DNA of 64,000 nt from Patescibacteria group bacterium (GTDB lineage Bacteria; Patescibacteriota; Patescibacteriia; Patescibacteriales; UBA12465), in assembly GCA_050949525.1 (NCBI GenBank), contig JBMNFW010000001.1, positions 65,078-129,077 of the forward strand, written 5' to 3'. A program made the translations under genes and the position numbers. Numbering within the stretch: position 1 is the first letter of the stretch; the number at the start of each line of letters is the position of its first letter. Under the pieces are notes generated by a model that was not told the DNA's origin, made no database searches, and saw nothing but the letters and a program-made list of their open reading frames with translations. Positions 1 through 7,727 of this stretch are shown in pieces.

Positions 1-680
1 TATATAATGATGCTCGTTTTCAACCCGATCAGATAAAATTCTATCCTACGGTAGTAGTAAAAGATAGTTTGTTATATAGGTGGTGGAAGCAAGGAAAATA
101 TCAACCCTATACAGACAAAGAATTAGAGAATTTAATTATTGAAGCTAAAAAAATTACTCCCATCTATACTCGTATTATTCGTTTAATTCGAGATATCCCA
201 GGAGTTTCCATTGAGGCTGGTAATAAAATTACTAATTTGAGACAGGTTATAAAAAGTAAAGGAGTGATTTGTCGTTGTATTAGGTGTCGTGAGGTTGGAG
301 AAAAAAATATTAATGAAAAAAACATAAAATTAAATATTTTAGAATATGAAGCTTCTGAAGCTCAGGAATATTTTTTAAGTTTTGATAGTTCTGATAGTAA
401 AACATTATATGGGTTTTGTCGTTTACGTCTTGATTTTTCTAGTCCGATAGCGGTCGCCATAATTAGAGAGCTACATGTTTATGGTCAATTAGTTCCAGTC
501 GGAGGAAAAACAAAAGTCCAGCATCGAGGTTTAGGAAAAAAATTAGTAGCTCAGGCTGAAAAAATAGCCAAGAAAAAAGGAGCTCAAAAAATAGCAATTA
601 TATCCGGTGTTGGAGTTAGAAATTATTATCGAAATTTGGGGTATCGACTAAAAGATACTTATATGATAAAAAATATTTAA
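1..680 (+). CDS. elp3: Elp3-family tRNA U34 carboxymethyltransferase (radical SAM + KAT), 5'-truncated by window edge
   Basis: Frame open from the window start (PDQIKFYPTVVV). Elp3 motifs TRIIRLIRDIP, CRCIRCREVG, IRELHVYG, QHRGLGKKL, ISGVGVRNYYRNLGY. Confidence 0.9.
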   Translation, partial: YNDARFQPDQIKFYPTVVVKDSLLYRWWKQGKYQPYTDKELENLIIEAKKITPIYTRIIRLIRDIPGVSIEAGNKITNLRQVIKSKGVICRCIRCREVGEKNINEKNIKLNILEYEASEAQEYFLSFDSSDSKTLYGFCRLRLDFSSPIAVAIIRELHVYGQLVPVGGKTKVQHRGLGKKLVAQAEKIAKKKGAQKIAIISGVGVRNYYRNLGYRLKDTYMIKNI

Positions 681-702
681 TATTAATAATTTAATTTTTT
701 AT

Positions 703-1944
703 ATGACAATTAATAAAAATTTAAGTCAGAGTGATCCTGATTTATTTAAACTAATTGGACAAGAGACTCAGCGACAAGAAGAGGGTATTGAATTAATTGC
801 TTCGGAAAATTATGCTTCCTTAGCGGTTTTAGAGGCTCTAGGGTCTTCTTTAAATAATAAATATAGTGAAGGTTATCCAGGAAAAAGATATTATGGGGGT
901 AATCATATTATTGATGAAATTGAGCTTTTAGCTATTGATCGCTTAAAAACTTTGTTTCAAGCTGAACATGCTAATGTTCAACCTCTATCAGGTTCATCAG
1001 CTAATTTAGCTGTTTATATGGCTTTTTTAGATTCAGGTGATAAAGTTTTGGGGTTAAAACTAGATCATGGAGGTCATCTTTCTCATGGTCATCATGTTAA
1101 TTTTTCTGGTCGTTTATATAATTTTGTTTCTTATGGTTTAAACTCTTCTGGCTTAATTGATATGGATGAAGTTAGAAAAATTGCTCTTAAGGAAAAACCT
1201 AAAATGATAGTGGCTGGTTTTAGTGCTTATTCACGAAATTTAGATTGGAAAACTTTTAAAGAAATTGCTGATGAGATTGGGGCTTATACCTTAGCTGATA
1301 TTTCTCATATTGCTGGATTAATTGCCGGCGGAGTTTTAGATAGTCCCGTTCCTTATTTTGATGTTATTTCTAGTACCACTCATAAAACTTTACGTGGTCC
1401 GCGAGGAGCTTTTATTTTATCTAAAGAAGAGCATGCTAAGAGAATTGATCAAGCAGTTTTTCCGGGACTTCAAGGTGGTCCTCATGATCATGCTATAGCT
1501 GCTAAAGCGGTAGCTTTTAAAGAAGCTTTAGATCCAAGTTTTAAAGATTATTGTCATCAGATAATTAAAAATTCTCAAACTATGGCCGAAGAATTTTTAA
1601 ATTTAAAATATGAAATAGTCTCAGGTGGAACCAGTAATCATTTAATGGTAGTTGATTTAAGAAATAAAGAAGTTGGTGGTTTAGAGGTTGAAAGAATTTT
1701 AGAGAGCATTGGTATTTCAGTTTCTCGCTCTACTATTCCTAATGATACTGCTTCTCCACGTAATCCTTCTGGAATTAGATTAGGGACTCCCGCTATTAGT
1801 ACTCGGGGTTTTAAAGAACCCGAGGTTAAAATCTTAGTACAATTAATTGATTTAGCGATTAAGAATAGAGAGGATCAGGATTATTTAAAAAAACTTAGTT
1901 TTGAGGTTCAAGCTTTAGCTAAAAAGTTTCCTGTTTATAAATAA
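703..1944 (+). CDS. glyA: Serine hydroxymethyltransferase
   Basis: LIASENY, YSEGYPGKRYYGG, PLP-lysine motif STTHKTLRGPRG. Confidence 0.97.
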   Translation: MTINKNLSQSDPDLFKLIGQETQRQEEGIELIASENYASLAVLEALGSSLNNKYSEGYPGKRYYGGNHIIDEIELLAIDRLKTLFQAEHANVQPLSGSSANLAVYMAFLDSGDKVLGLKLDHGGHLSHGHHVNFSGRLYNFVSYGLNSSGLIDMDEVRKIALKEKPKMIVAGFSAYSRNLDWKTFKEIADEIGAYTLADISHIAGLIAGGVLDSPVPYFDVISSTTHKTLRGPRGAFILSKEEHAKRIDQAVFPGLQGGPHDHAIAAKAVAFKEALDPSFKDYCHQIIKNSQTMAEEFLNLKYEIVSGGTSNHLMVVDLRNKEVGGLEVERILESIGISVSRSTIPNDTASPRNPSGIRLGTPAISTRGFKEPEVKILVQLIDLAIKNREDQDYLKKLSFEVQALAKKFPVYK

Positions 1945-1948
1945 AAAT

Positions 1949-2818
1949 ATGAAAAAAATTGATGGTAAAAAAATTGCTGAAAGAATAAAAGATAAATTGG
2001 CTCTGGAGGTTTATCAGGTTTTAGAAAAAGAAGGCGGTCGTCGTCCTAATTTAGCCATTATTTTAGCGGGAGCTCGAGAAGACTCTAGGCTTTATGTTTC
2101 TTTAAAAGAAAAAGCCGCTAAAGAGGTCGGAATTGATACTAATCTTTATTTAATTTCTGAACATGAGGGGGAGGATGAGTTAATTTCTTTAATTGAGTTT
2201 TTAAACCAAGATTCTTCTATTGATGGTATTTTAGTTCAATTACCTTTACCAGAAAGATTTAATACTGATAAAATTTTATCTAAAATTTCTCCACAAAAAA
2301 ATGTTGATGGTTTTGATTCTCATGACAAGGTTTTTTTCTCTCCTTTAATTAAGGCCATTTGGTATTGTTTAGAAGAAACTCAAGAAGATTTATCTAAGAA
2401 AAAAGCTTTTTTATTTTTTAATTCACCTATTTTTGCTGAAGAAGTAAAAAAAGCTTTAAGCCCAATGGGGATTATTTTAGACTCTATTTCTAGTCAAGAT
2501 TTTTTAGAAATTAAAAAAGACAAAAAGAATTTTTTAGATTTAAAAGAAAAAATTAAAGCTTCTTCAATTTTAATTTCAGCTTTAGGTTGGCCAGAGTTTA
2601 TCGAAGCTGATTTTTTAAAAGATGAAATGATAGTAATTGATATTGGAATTACTAAAAAAGGTAAACGAGTTTTAGGTGATGTTAAATTTTCCGATAGTGA
2701 AAATTTAGTTGGTTATATTAGTCCAGTTCCTGGAGGTATTGGACCTATTACGGTTGTTAGTTTATTGGAAAATGTTTTTAAAGCTTATCAACATGGAAGA
2801 AAAAATTTCAAAAATTAA
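1949..2818 (+). CDS. folD: Methylenetetrahydrofolate dehydrogenase/cyclohydrolase, divergent
   Basis: IDGKKIA, YxxxK (LYVSLK), DGILVQLPLP, VDGF, IDIGI, SPVPGGIGPITV. Confidence 0.9.
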   Translation: MKKIDGKKIAERIKDKLALEVYQVLEKEGGRRPNLAIILAGAREDSRLYVSLKEKAAKEVGIDTNLYLISEHEGEDELISLIEFLNQDSSIDGILVQLPLPERFNTDKILSKISPQKNVDGFDSHDKVFFSPLIKAIWYCLEETQEDLSKKKAFLFFNSPIFAEEVKKALSPMGIILDSISSQDFLEIKKDKKNFLDLKEKIKASSILISALGWPEFIEADFLKDEMIVIDIGITKKGKRVLGDVKFSDSENLVGYISPVPGGIGPITVVSLLENVFKAYQHGRKNFKN

Positions 2819-4556
2819 AGACCTACTTAAGAGATATTATGGGTTTTCTGAATTTCGGCTTGGTCAAGAAGAGGCTATTTCTCAAGTTTTAAATAAAAAA
2901 GATACGGTTGTTATTATGCCAACTGGAGGAGGAAAATCTCTAATTTTTCAATTACCCGCTTTAGTATTAGAGGGAGTGACTTTAGTCGTTTCTCCTTTAA
3001 TTGCTTTAATGAAAGATCAGGTTGATTCTCTTTTAAAACTAGGAATTCCTAGCACTTTTATTAATTCTTCAATTAGCTTATCAGAAACTAATGAAAGATT
3101 AGAACAGATAAAAAATGGTTTTTATAAAATAGTTTATGTAGCGCCAGAAAGATTTTATAACCAAGCTTTTTTAGAAGCTTTAAGTAAGGTTTCAGTTTCC
3201 CTTTTTGCTATTGATGAGGCTCATTGTATTAGTCAGTGGGGACATGATTTTAGGCCGAGCTATTTAAGATTGAAAAAGGTTATTGATTTTTTAAAAAGAC
3301 CAGTAGTTTTAACATTAACCGCTACGGCTACTATTGAGGTTCGGGATGATATTATCAAGCAGTTAGAATTAAAAAATCCTGCAGTTATTGTAACCGGTTT
3401 TGCTCGAGACAATCTTCAGTTTGGTGTTATTCAAGCTGCTAATAGTCGAAAAGCCGATTTAGTTTTAGAAGCTATTATGGGCTCGGCTGATGGATCTGGT
3501 ATTGTTTATGTTGGAACTCGAGCTAAGGCCGAGGAACTTTTAGAATTTTTATTAGCCAATGATGTATCGGCGGTAGTTTATCATGCTGGTTTAGATGCTG
3601 ATAGTCGAGAGTGGGTTCAGGATAGTTTTATGAATGGTCAGGCTCGAGTAGTGGTAGCTACTAATGCTTTTGGTATGGGAATAAATAAAAAAGATATTCG
3701 TTTTGTTATTCATTATGATTTACCGGGAACTATTGAAGCTTATTATCAAGAAGCCGGAAGAGCTGGACGCGATGGTTTACCCAGTTTATGTCTTCTTTTA
3801 TATTCCCCCAGCGATCGTTATTTGAGAGAGTTTTTTATCCAAGGAGATAATCCGGCTCCAGAGTTAATTACTAAAGTATATGAAAAATTATTAGAAAAAG
3901 AAGAGGTTCCGGGTCAAGCTATTTTAATTACTTATGCTGAGTTAGCTCGAGATTTATCAGAAAATGTTCCAGAGATGGCGATTGGAACAGCTTTAAAAAT
4001 TCTAGAAAAAGAGTCTTATATCTCCCGACCAAGTGAAAAAAATGGTCAAGCTTTTTTAAAATTTAAAGATGATTTTAATAATCTGTTAGGAGCTTTGAGT
4101 TCTCGAGCCAAGGTTCAAATTGAGGCTTTGAATAAAGTTTATGATTATTTTTCGGAGAAATTAAAAAAAGGAGTTAATTTTAATTTAGATGATTTGTCTG
4201 AGACTATCAAGGTGAAAAAGAATTCAATTTTAAGAATGTTTAAGACTCTTGAAGAAAAAGGTTTAATTGAGTATCAACCACCATTTCGGGGAACTGAGAT
4301 TAGGATATTAAAATCAGTAGCTCCTGAAGATTTAGAAATTGATGTTCGGGCTTTAAGGGAAAAGCTTAAAAATGCCGAAGCTAAATTAGATGCTATGGAA
4401 AATTATGTTTATTCTTCTTCTTGTCGACAGGCCTATATTTTAAAATATTTTGGTGAAGAGAATATAAAAAACTGTGGACAATGCGATCAATGTTTAAGAG
4501 GTTTTCCGGAGCCTGATATTTCGGAAAATTTTCGTCATAAGGAATATTTAGGATGA
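2793..4556 (+). CDS. recQ: RecQ-family ATP-dependent DNA helicase, no HRDC domain
   Basis: MPTGGGKS, DEAHCISQWGHDFRPSY, ATNAFGMGI, QEAGRAGRDG, C-terminal CR..ILKYFGE..CGQCDQC. Start moved from TTG 2709 to ATG 2793. Confidence 0.93.
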   Translation: MEEKISKIKDLLKRYYGFSEFRLGQEEAISQVLNKKDTVVIMPTGGGKSLIFQLPALVLEGVTLVVSPLIALMKDQVDSLLKLGIPSTFINSSISLSETNERLEQIKNGFYKIVYVAPERFYNQAFLEALSKVSVSLFAIDEAHCISQWGHDFRPSYLRLKKVIDFLKRPVVLTLTATATIEVRDDIIKQLELKNPAVIVTGFARDNLQFGVIQAANSRKADLVLEAIMGSADGSGIVYVGTRAKAEELLEFLLANDVSAVVYHAGLDADSREWVQDSFMNGQARVVVATNAFGMGINKKDIRFVIHYDLPGTIEAYYQEAGRAGRDGLPSLCLLLYSPSDRYLREFFIQGDNPAPELITKVYEKLLEKEEVPGQAILITYAELARDLSENVPEMAIGTALKILEKESYISRPSEKNGQAFLKFKDDFNNLLGALSSRAKVQIEALNKVYDYFSEKLKKGVNFNLDDLSETIKVKKNSILRMFKTLEEKGLIEYQPPFRGTEIRILKSVAPEDLEIDVRALREKLKNAEAKLDAMENYVYSSSCRQAYILKYFGEENIKNCGQCDQCLRGFPEPDISENFRHKEYLG

Positions 4557-5254
4557 ATAAATTAGCTCAAAACTTTTTATTAAAAACAGTTTCTCAGGGT
4601 TATGAGGAAATTGCTTTATCATTTAATGAGACTCGGCAAAAACCAATGAAGCCAATGGTGTATGAAATAGTTAATAATTTAAAGATATCTAATGGAGATC
4701 AGATTTTAGATTTAGGTTGTGGTAATGGCTGTTTTTTTGAAGTGTTAACAAATTTAAAAAAAGATATATCTTGGAAATATTTGGGTTTAGATAATAGTTC
4801 GAAGTTGATCAAATTAGCTCAAGATAAATATGGTTCTCATTTTGAGGTTTTTGATTTACTTGATTTAGCCTCTAGAAATGAGTTAAAATATAATTATATA
4901 TTTAGTTGGGCGGTTTGGCATCATTTTCCCGGAAAAAAATTAAGAAAAAAAATTTTAAATGATGTTTATAATCAACTTCAACTTAAAGGATATTTTATTT
5001 TTAGTGTTTGGAAATTAAGACAGAGAAAAAATTTTTTCTTTCTAAGTTTAAAAACTTATTTAGGGCAAGCTATTCGAGGACGTTTAGTAGATTGGGGTGA
5101 TCTCTTATTCCGATGGAAAGGTGGGGTGGATAGTCTTAGATATTATCATGCTTTTTCGCTTCGAGGACTTAAGAAATTAATTAAGGGGAGCGATTTTAAA
5201 CTAGAAAAAATTCTTGAAGATAATTTTAATTACTATTATATTTTAAAGAAATAA
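4553..5254 (+). CDS. Class I SAM methyltransferase, Trm9/ALKBH8-like (candidate tRNA cm5U34 methyltransferase)
   Basis: YEEIALSFNETRQKP, DLGCGNG, GLDNS, AVWHH and RYYHAF resemble Trm9 family motifs. Confidence 0.7.
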   Translation: MNKLAQNFLLKTVSQGYEEIALSFNETRQKPMKPMVYEIVNNLKISNGDQILDLGCGNGCFFEVLTNLKKDISWKYLGLDNSSKLIKLAQDKYGSHFEVFDLLDLASRNELKYNYIFSWAVWHHFPGKKLRKKILNDVYNQLQLKGYFIFSVWKLRQRKNFFFLSLKTYLGQAIRGRLVDWGDLLFRWKGGVDSLRYYHAFSLRGLKKLIKGSDFKLEKILEDNFNYYYILKK

Positions 5255-5257
5255 TAT

Positions 5258-6661
5258 ATGGCTTTAATTACTTCTATCTCGGGTATTAGGGGAACAATTG
5301 GTCCGGGGGATGACAATTTAAATCCTCTTAATTTAATTAGTTTTTTAGCTGCTTTTAAGGAGGAGTTAGATCAAAAAAAGAGAACTTCAAAAAATTTAAA
5401 AATAGTTTTAGGTCGTGATGGTCGCTCTAGTGGAGCTATGTTTTTGTCTTTAGCTACTAGTACTCTCTTATCTTTAGGGGTGGATGTTTTAAATTTGGAT
5501 TTAGCTACTACTCCAACAGTGGAGATGACAGTTATACTAGAAAAAGCTGATGGTGGAGTTATTATTAGCGCTTCACATAATCCCATGAATTGGAATGCTT
5601 TAAAGTTGTTAAATTCTAAAGGAGAGTTTTTAGATAAAGAGACTGGAGAGAGAGTAATAGCTCGAGCTAAAAAAGGACCAATAGCTTTTGTGGCAGAGTC
5701 AAAATTAGGATGTTTAAAAAATGATTTTTCCTATCATTTTAAACATATTGATGAGATTTTAAAATTATCTTTAGTTAAAAAGAGTTTAATAAAATCAACT
5801 CCGCTTAAAATAGTGGTAGATGGAGTTAATTCGGTCGGATCTTTAGTTGTACCTCAACTTTTAAAAGCCTTAGGAATTAAAGAGATAATTAGTATTAATA
5901 GTGAGATAGAAGGAAAATTTAATCATGATCCAGAACCAATAGAAAAAAATTTAAAACAATTATGTCAAGCAGTTTTAAAGCATCAAGCGGATTTAGGTTT
6001 AGCGGTGGATCCGGATGTTGATCGTTTAGCTATAGTTGATGATTTAGGTCGACCGATTGGCGAAGAGTATACTTTAGTTTCTGTGGCTGATTATGTTTTT
6101 AAAAATTTTTCAAAATTTAAAAATAAGTATAAAGCTATTAGTGTTTCTAATTTATCTTCTTCTATGGCTTTAGAAGATTTGAGTCTTCGTTTTGGTTTTA
6201 AATATCAAGCTTCGGCAGTCGGAGAAATTAATGTGGTTAATAAAATGAAAGAAGTTCAAGCGGTTATTGGAGGGGAAGGAAATGGCGGAATAATTTATCC
6301 TGAGCTCCATTATGGTCGCGATGCTCTAGTCGGAATAGCCTTATTTTTATCTTATTTAGTTAGTAGTAAGCAACCTTGTTCAGAGTTAAGAAAAACTTGG
6401 CCACAATACTTTTTATTAAAAGAAAAAATTGTCTTAGATTCAAAGGTTAATATTGATAAACTTTTAAATCGTTTAGAAAAAAAATATCAAGATCAGGAGA
6501 TAATAAAAATTGATGGTTTAAAAATTATTTTTAAAAATGAGCGAGCTTGGGTTCATTTAAGACGATCTAATACTGAACCCTTAATTAGAATATATTGTGA
6601 AGCTTCTAGTCGCTCTAGAGCGCAAAATATTTTTAAAGAGGTTTCAGAATTATTAAAATAA
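5258..6661 (+). CDS. glmM: Phosphoglucosamine mutase / alpha-D-phosphohexomutase
   Basis: SISGIRG, catalytic SASHNP, metal loop DPDVDR, GGEGNGG; adjacent to glmU-like gene. Confidence 0.8.
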   Translation: MALITSISGIRGTIGPGDDNLNPLNLISFLAAFKEELDQKKRTSKNLKIVLGRDGRSSGAMFLSLATSTLLSLGVDVLNLDLATTPTVEMTVILEKADGGVIISASHNPMNWNALKLLNSKGEFLDKETGERVIARAKKGPIAFVAESKLGCLKNDFSYHFKHIDEILKLSLVKKSLIKSTPLKIVVDGVNSVGSLVVPQLLKALGIKEIISINSEIEGKFNHDPEPIEKNLKQLCQAVLKHQADLGLAVDPDVDRLAIVDDLGRPIGEEYTLVSVADYVFKNFSKFKNKYKAISVSNLSSSMALEDLSLRFGFKYQASAVGEINVVNKMKEVQAVIGGEGNGGIIYPELHYGRDALVGIALFLSYLVSSKQPCSELRKTWPQYFLLKEKIVLDSKVNIDKLLNRLEKKYQDQEIIKIDGLKIIFKNERAWVHLRRSNTEPLIRIYCEASSRSRAQNIFKEVSELLK

Positions 6662-6666
6662 AAAAT

Positions 6667-7416
6667 ATGAAAAACAAAATTATTATTTTAGCGGCTGGGA
6701 AAGGAAAACGAATGATGTCAGATTTACCTAAGCCTCTTATTCCGGTAAATAATCGAGCTATGATTAAGTATTTACTTGATTCTATTATAGCTTCCAAAAT
6801 TGATTCTAAGCCGGTTGTAGTAGTGTCTCCGATTGGAGAAGAAATAATGAAAGAAAGTCTTAAGGAATATAATTTAAATTATGCTATACAAACTGAGGCT
6901 TTAGGAACTGGGCATGCCGTATCAGTTACAGAGAACTTAATTTCTGAAGATGTTGAAAATGTTTTAGTTCTTTATGGCGATCAACCTTTTATTAGCCAAA
7001 AATCAATGCAGAAAATTTTAGATATTCATCAATCAGAGCTTTCAATGTTGACAGTAAGCTTGGAAGATTTTAATGATTGGAGACAAGGATTCTTTCATTG
7101 GGGGAGAATTTTGAGGGGGGAAAAAGGAGAAATTAGGGAAATAGTTGAGTTTAAAGATGCTAGTGAAGAACAAAAAAAGATTACCGAACTTAATCCAGCT
7201 ATTTTTTGTTTTAATCGGAATTGGCTATTTGATAATATTAAAAATTTAAAGAATAATAATAATCAAAAAGAATATTATTTAACTGATTTAGTTAAAATAG
7301 CCTTTAATCAAGGGGTAAATATAGATAGTTGTCCAGTGGCTGCTTCTGAAGTTTTAGGGATTAATAGTCCAGAGGAGTTAGAGATAGTAGAAAAAATAAT
7401 CAAAAATGAAAAATAA
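6667..7416 (+). CDS. GlmU-like sugar-1-phosphate nucleotidyltransferase, N-terminal domain only
   Basis: ILAAGKGKRMMSDLPKPL, QxxALGTGHAV, LYGDQP, IVEFKDA, EYYLTD, GINS; no hexapeptide acetyltransferase domain. Confidence 0.85.
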   Translation: MKNKIIILAAGKGKRMMSDLPKPLIPVNNRAMIKYLLDSIIASKIDSKPVVVVSPIGEEIMKESLKEYNLNYAIQTEALGTGHAVSVTENLISEDVENVLVLYGDQPFISQKSMQKILDIHQSELSMLTVSLEDFNDWRQGFFHWGRILRGEKGEIREIVEFKDASEEQKKITELNPAIFCFNRNWLFDNIKNLKNNNNQKEYYLTDLVKIAFNQGVNIDSCPVAASEVLGINSPEELEIVEKIIKNEK

Positions 7417-7660
7417 TTTAAAAATAATTATCTTAATAGTGGTCTTTATTTTTTTAGTAGTTTTTACTTTTCTTTTTTTTAATCGTGATAAAAAAACTAT
7501 TCAAGAAATGCCTTATGTGTCAGAAATATTTGAGTTTATTACTATTAGCTCTGAAAGAGTTGGGCAAATAAATTTTAATATTTTTCAAAAAAAAGATAAG
7601 AATAACGAGAATCTTTTACCGAGTGATTTTTCAGATTGGGAAAACTCCCTTTTAGAATAA
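7406..7660 (+). CDS. Small hypothetical membrane-anchored protein
   Basis: 84 aa with an N-terminal hydrophobic helix; start overlaps the upstream stop. Confidence 0.55.
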   Translation: MKNNLKIIILIVVFIFLVVFTFLFFNRDKKTIQEMPYVSEIFEFITISSERVGQINFNIFQKKDKNNENLLPSDFSDWENSLLE

Positions 7661-7727
7661 ATTTTAGTTTACTTTTAATAAAAATTATGATAATCTAATA
7701 GTATAAAAACAATTATTTTATATTATT

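Noticed and set aside
2709-2792. N-terminal extension of recQ from TTG 2709
   Set aside because: Overlaps folD by 110 bp with no RecQ-like sequence; ATG 2793 fits better.
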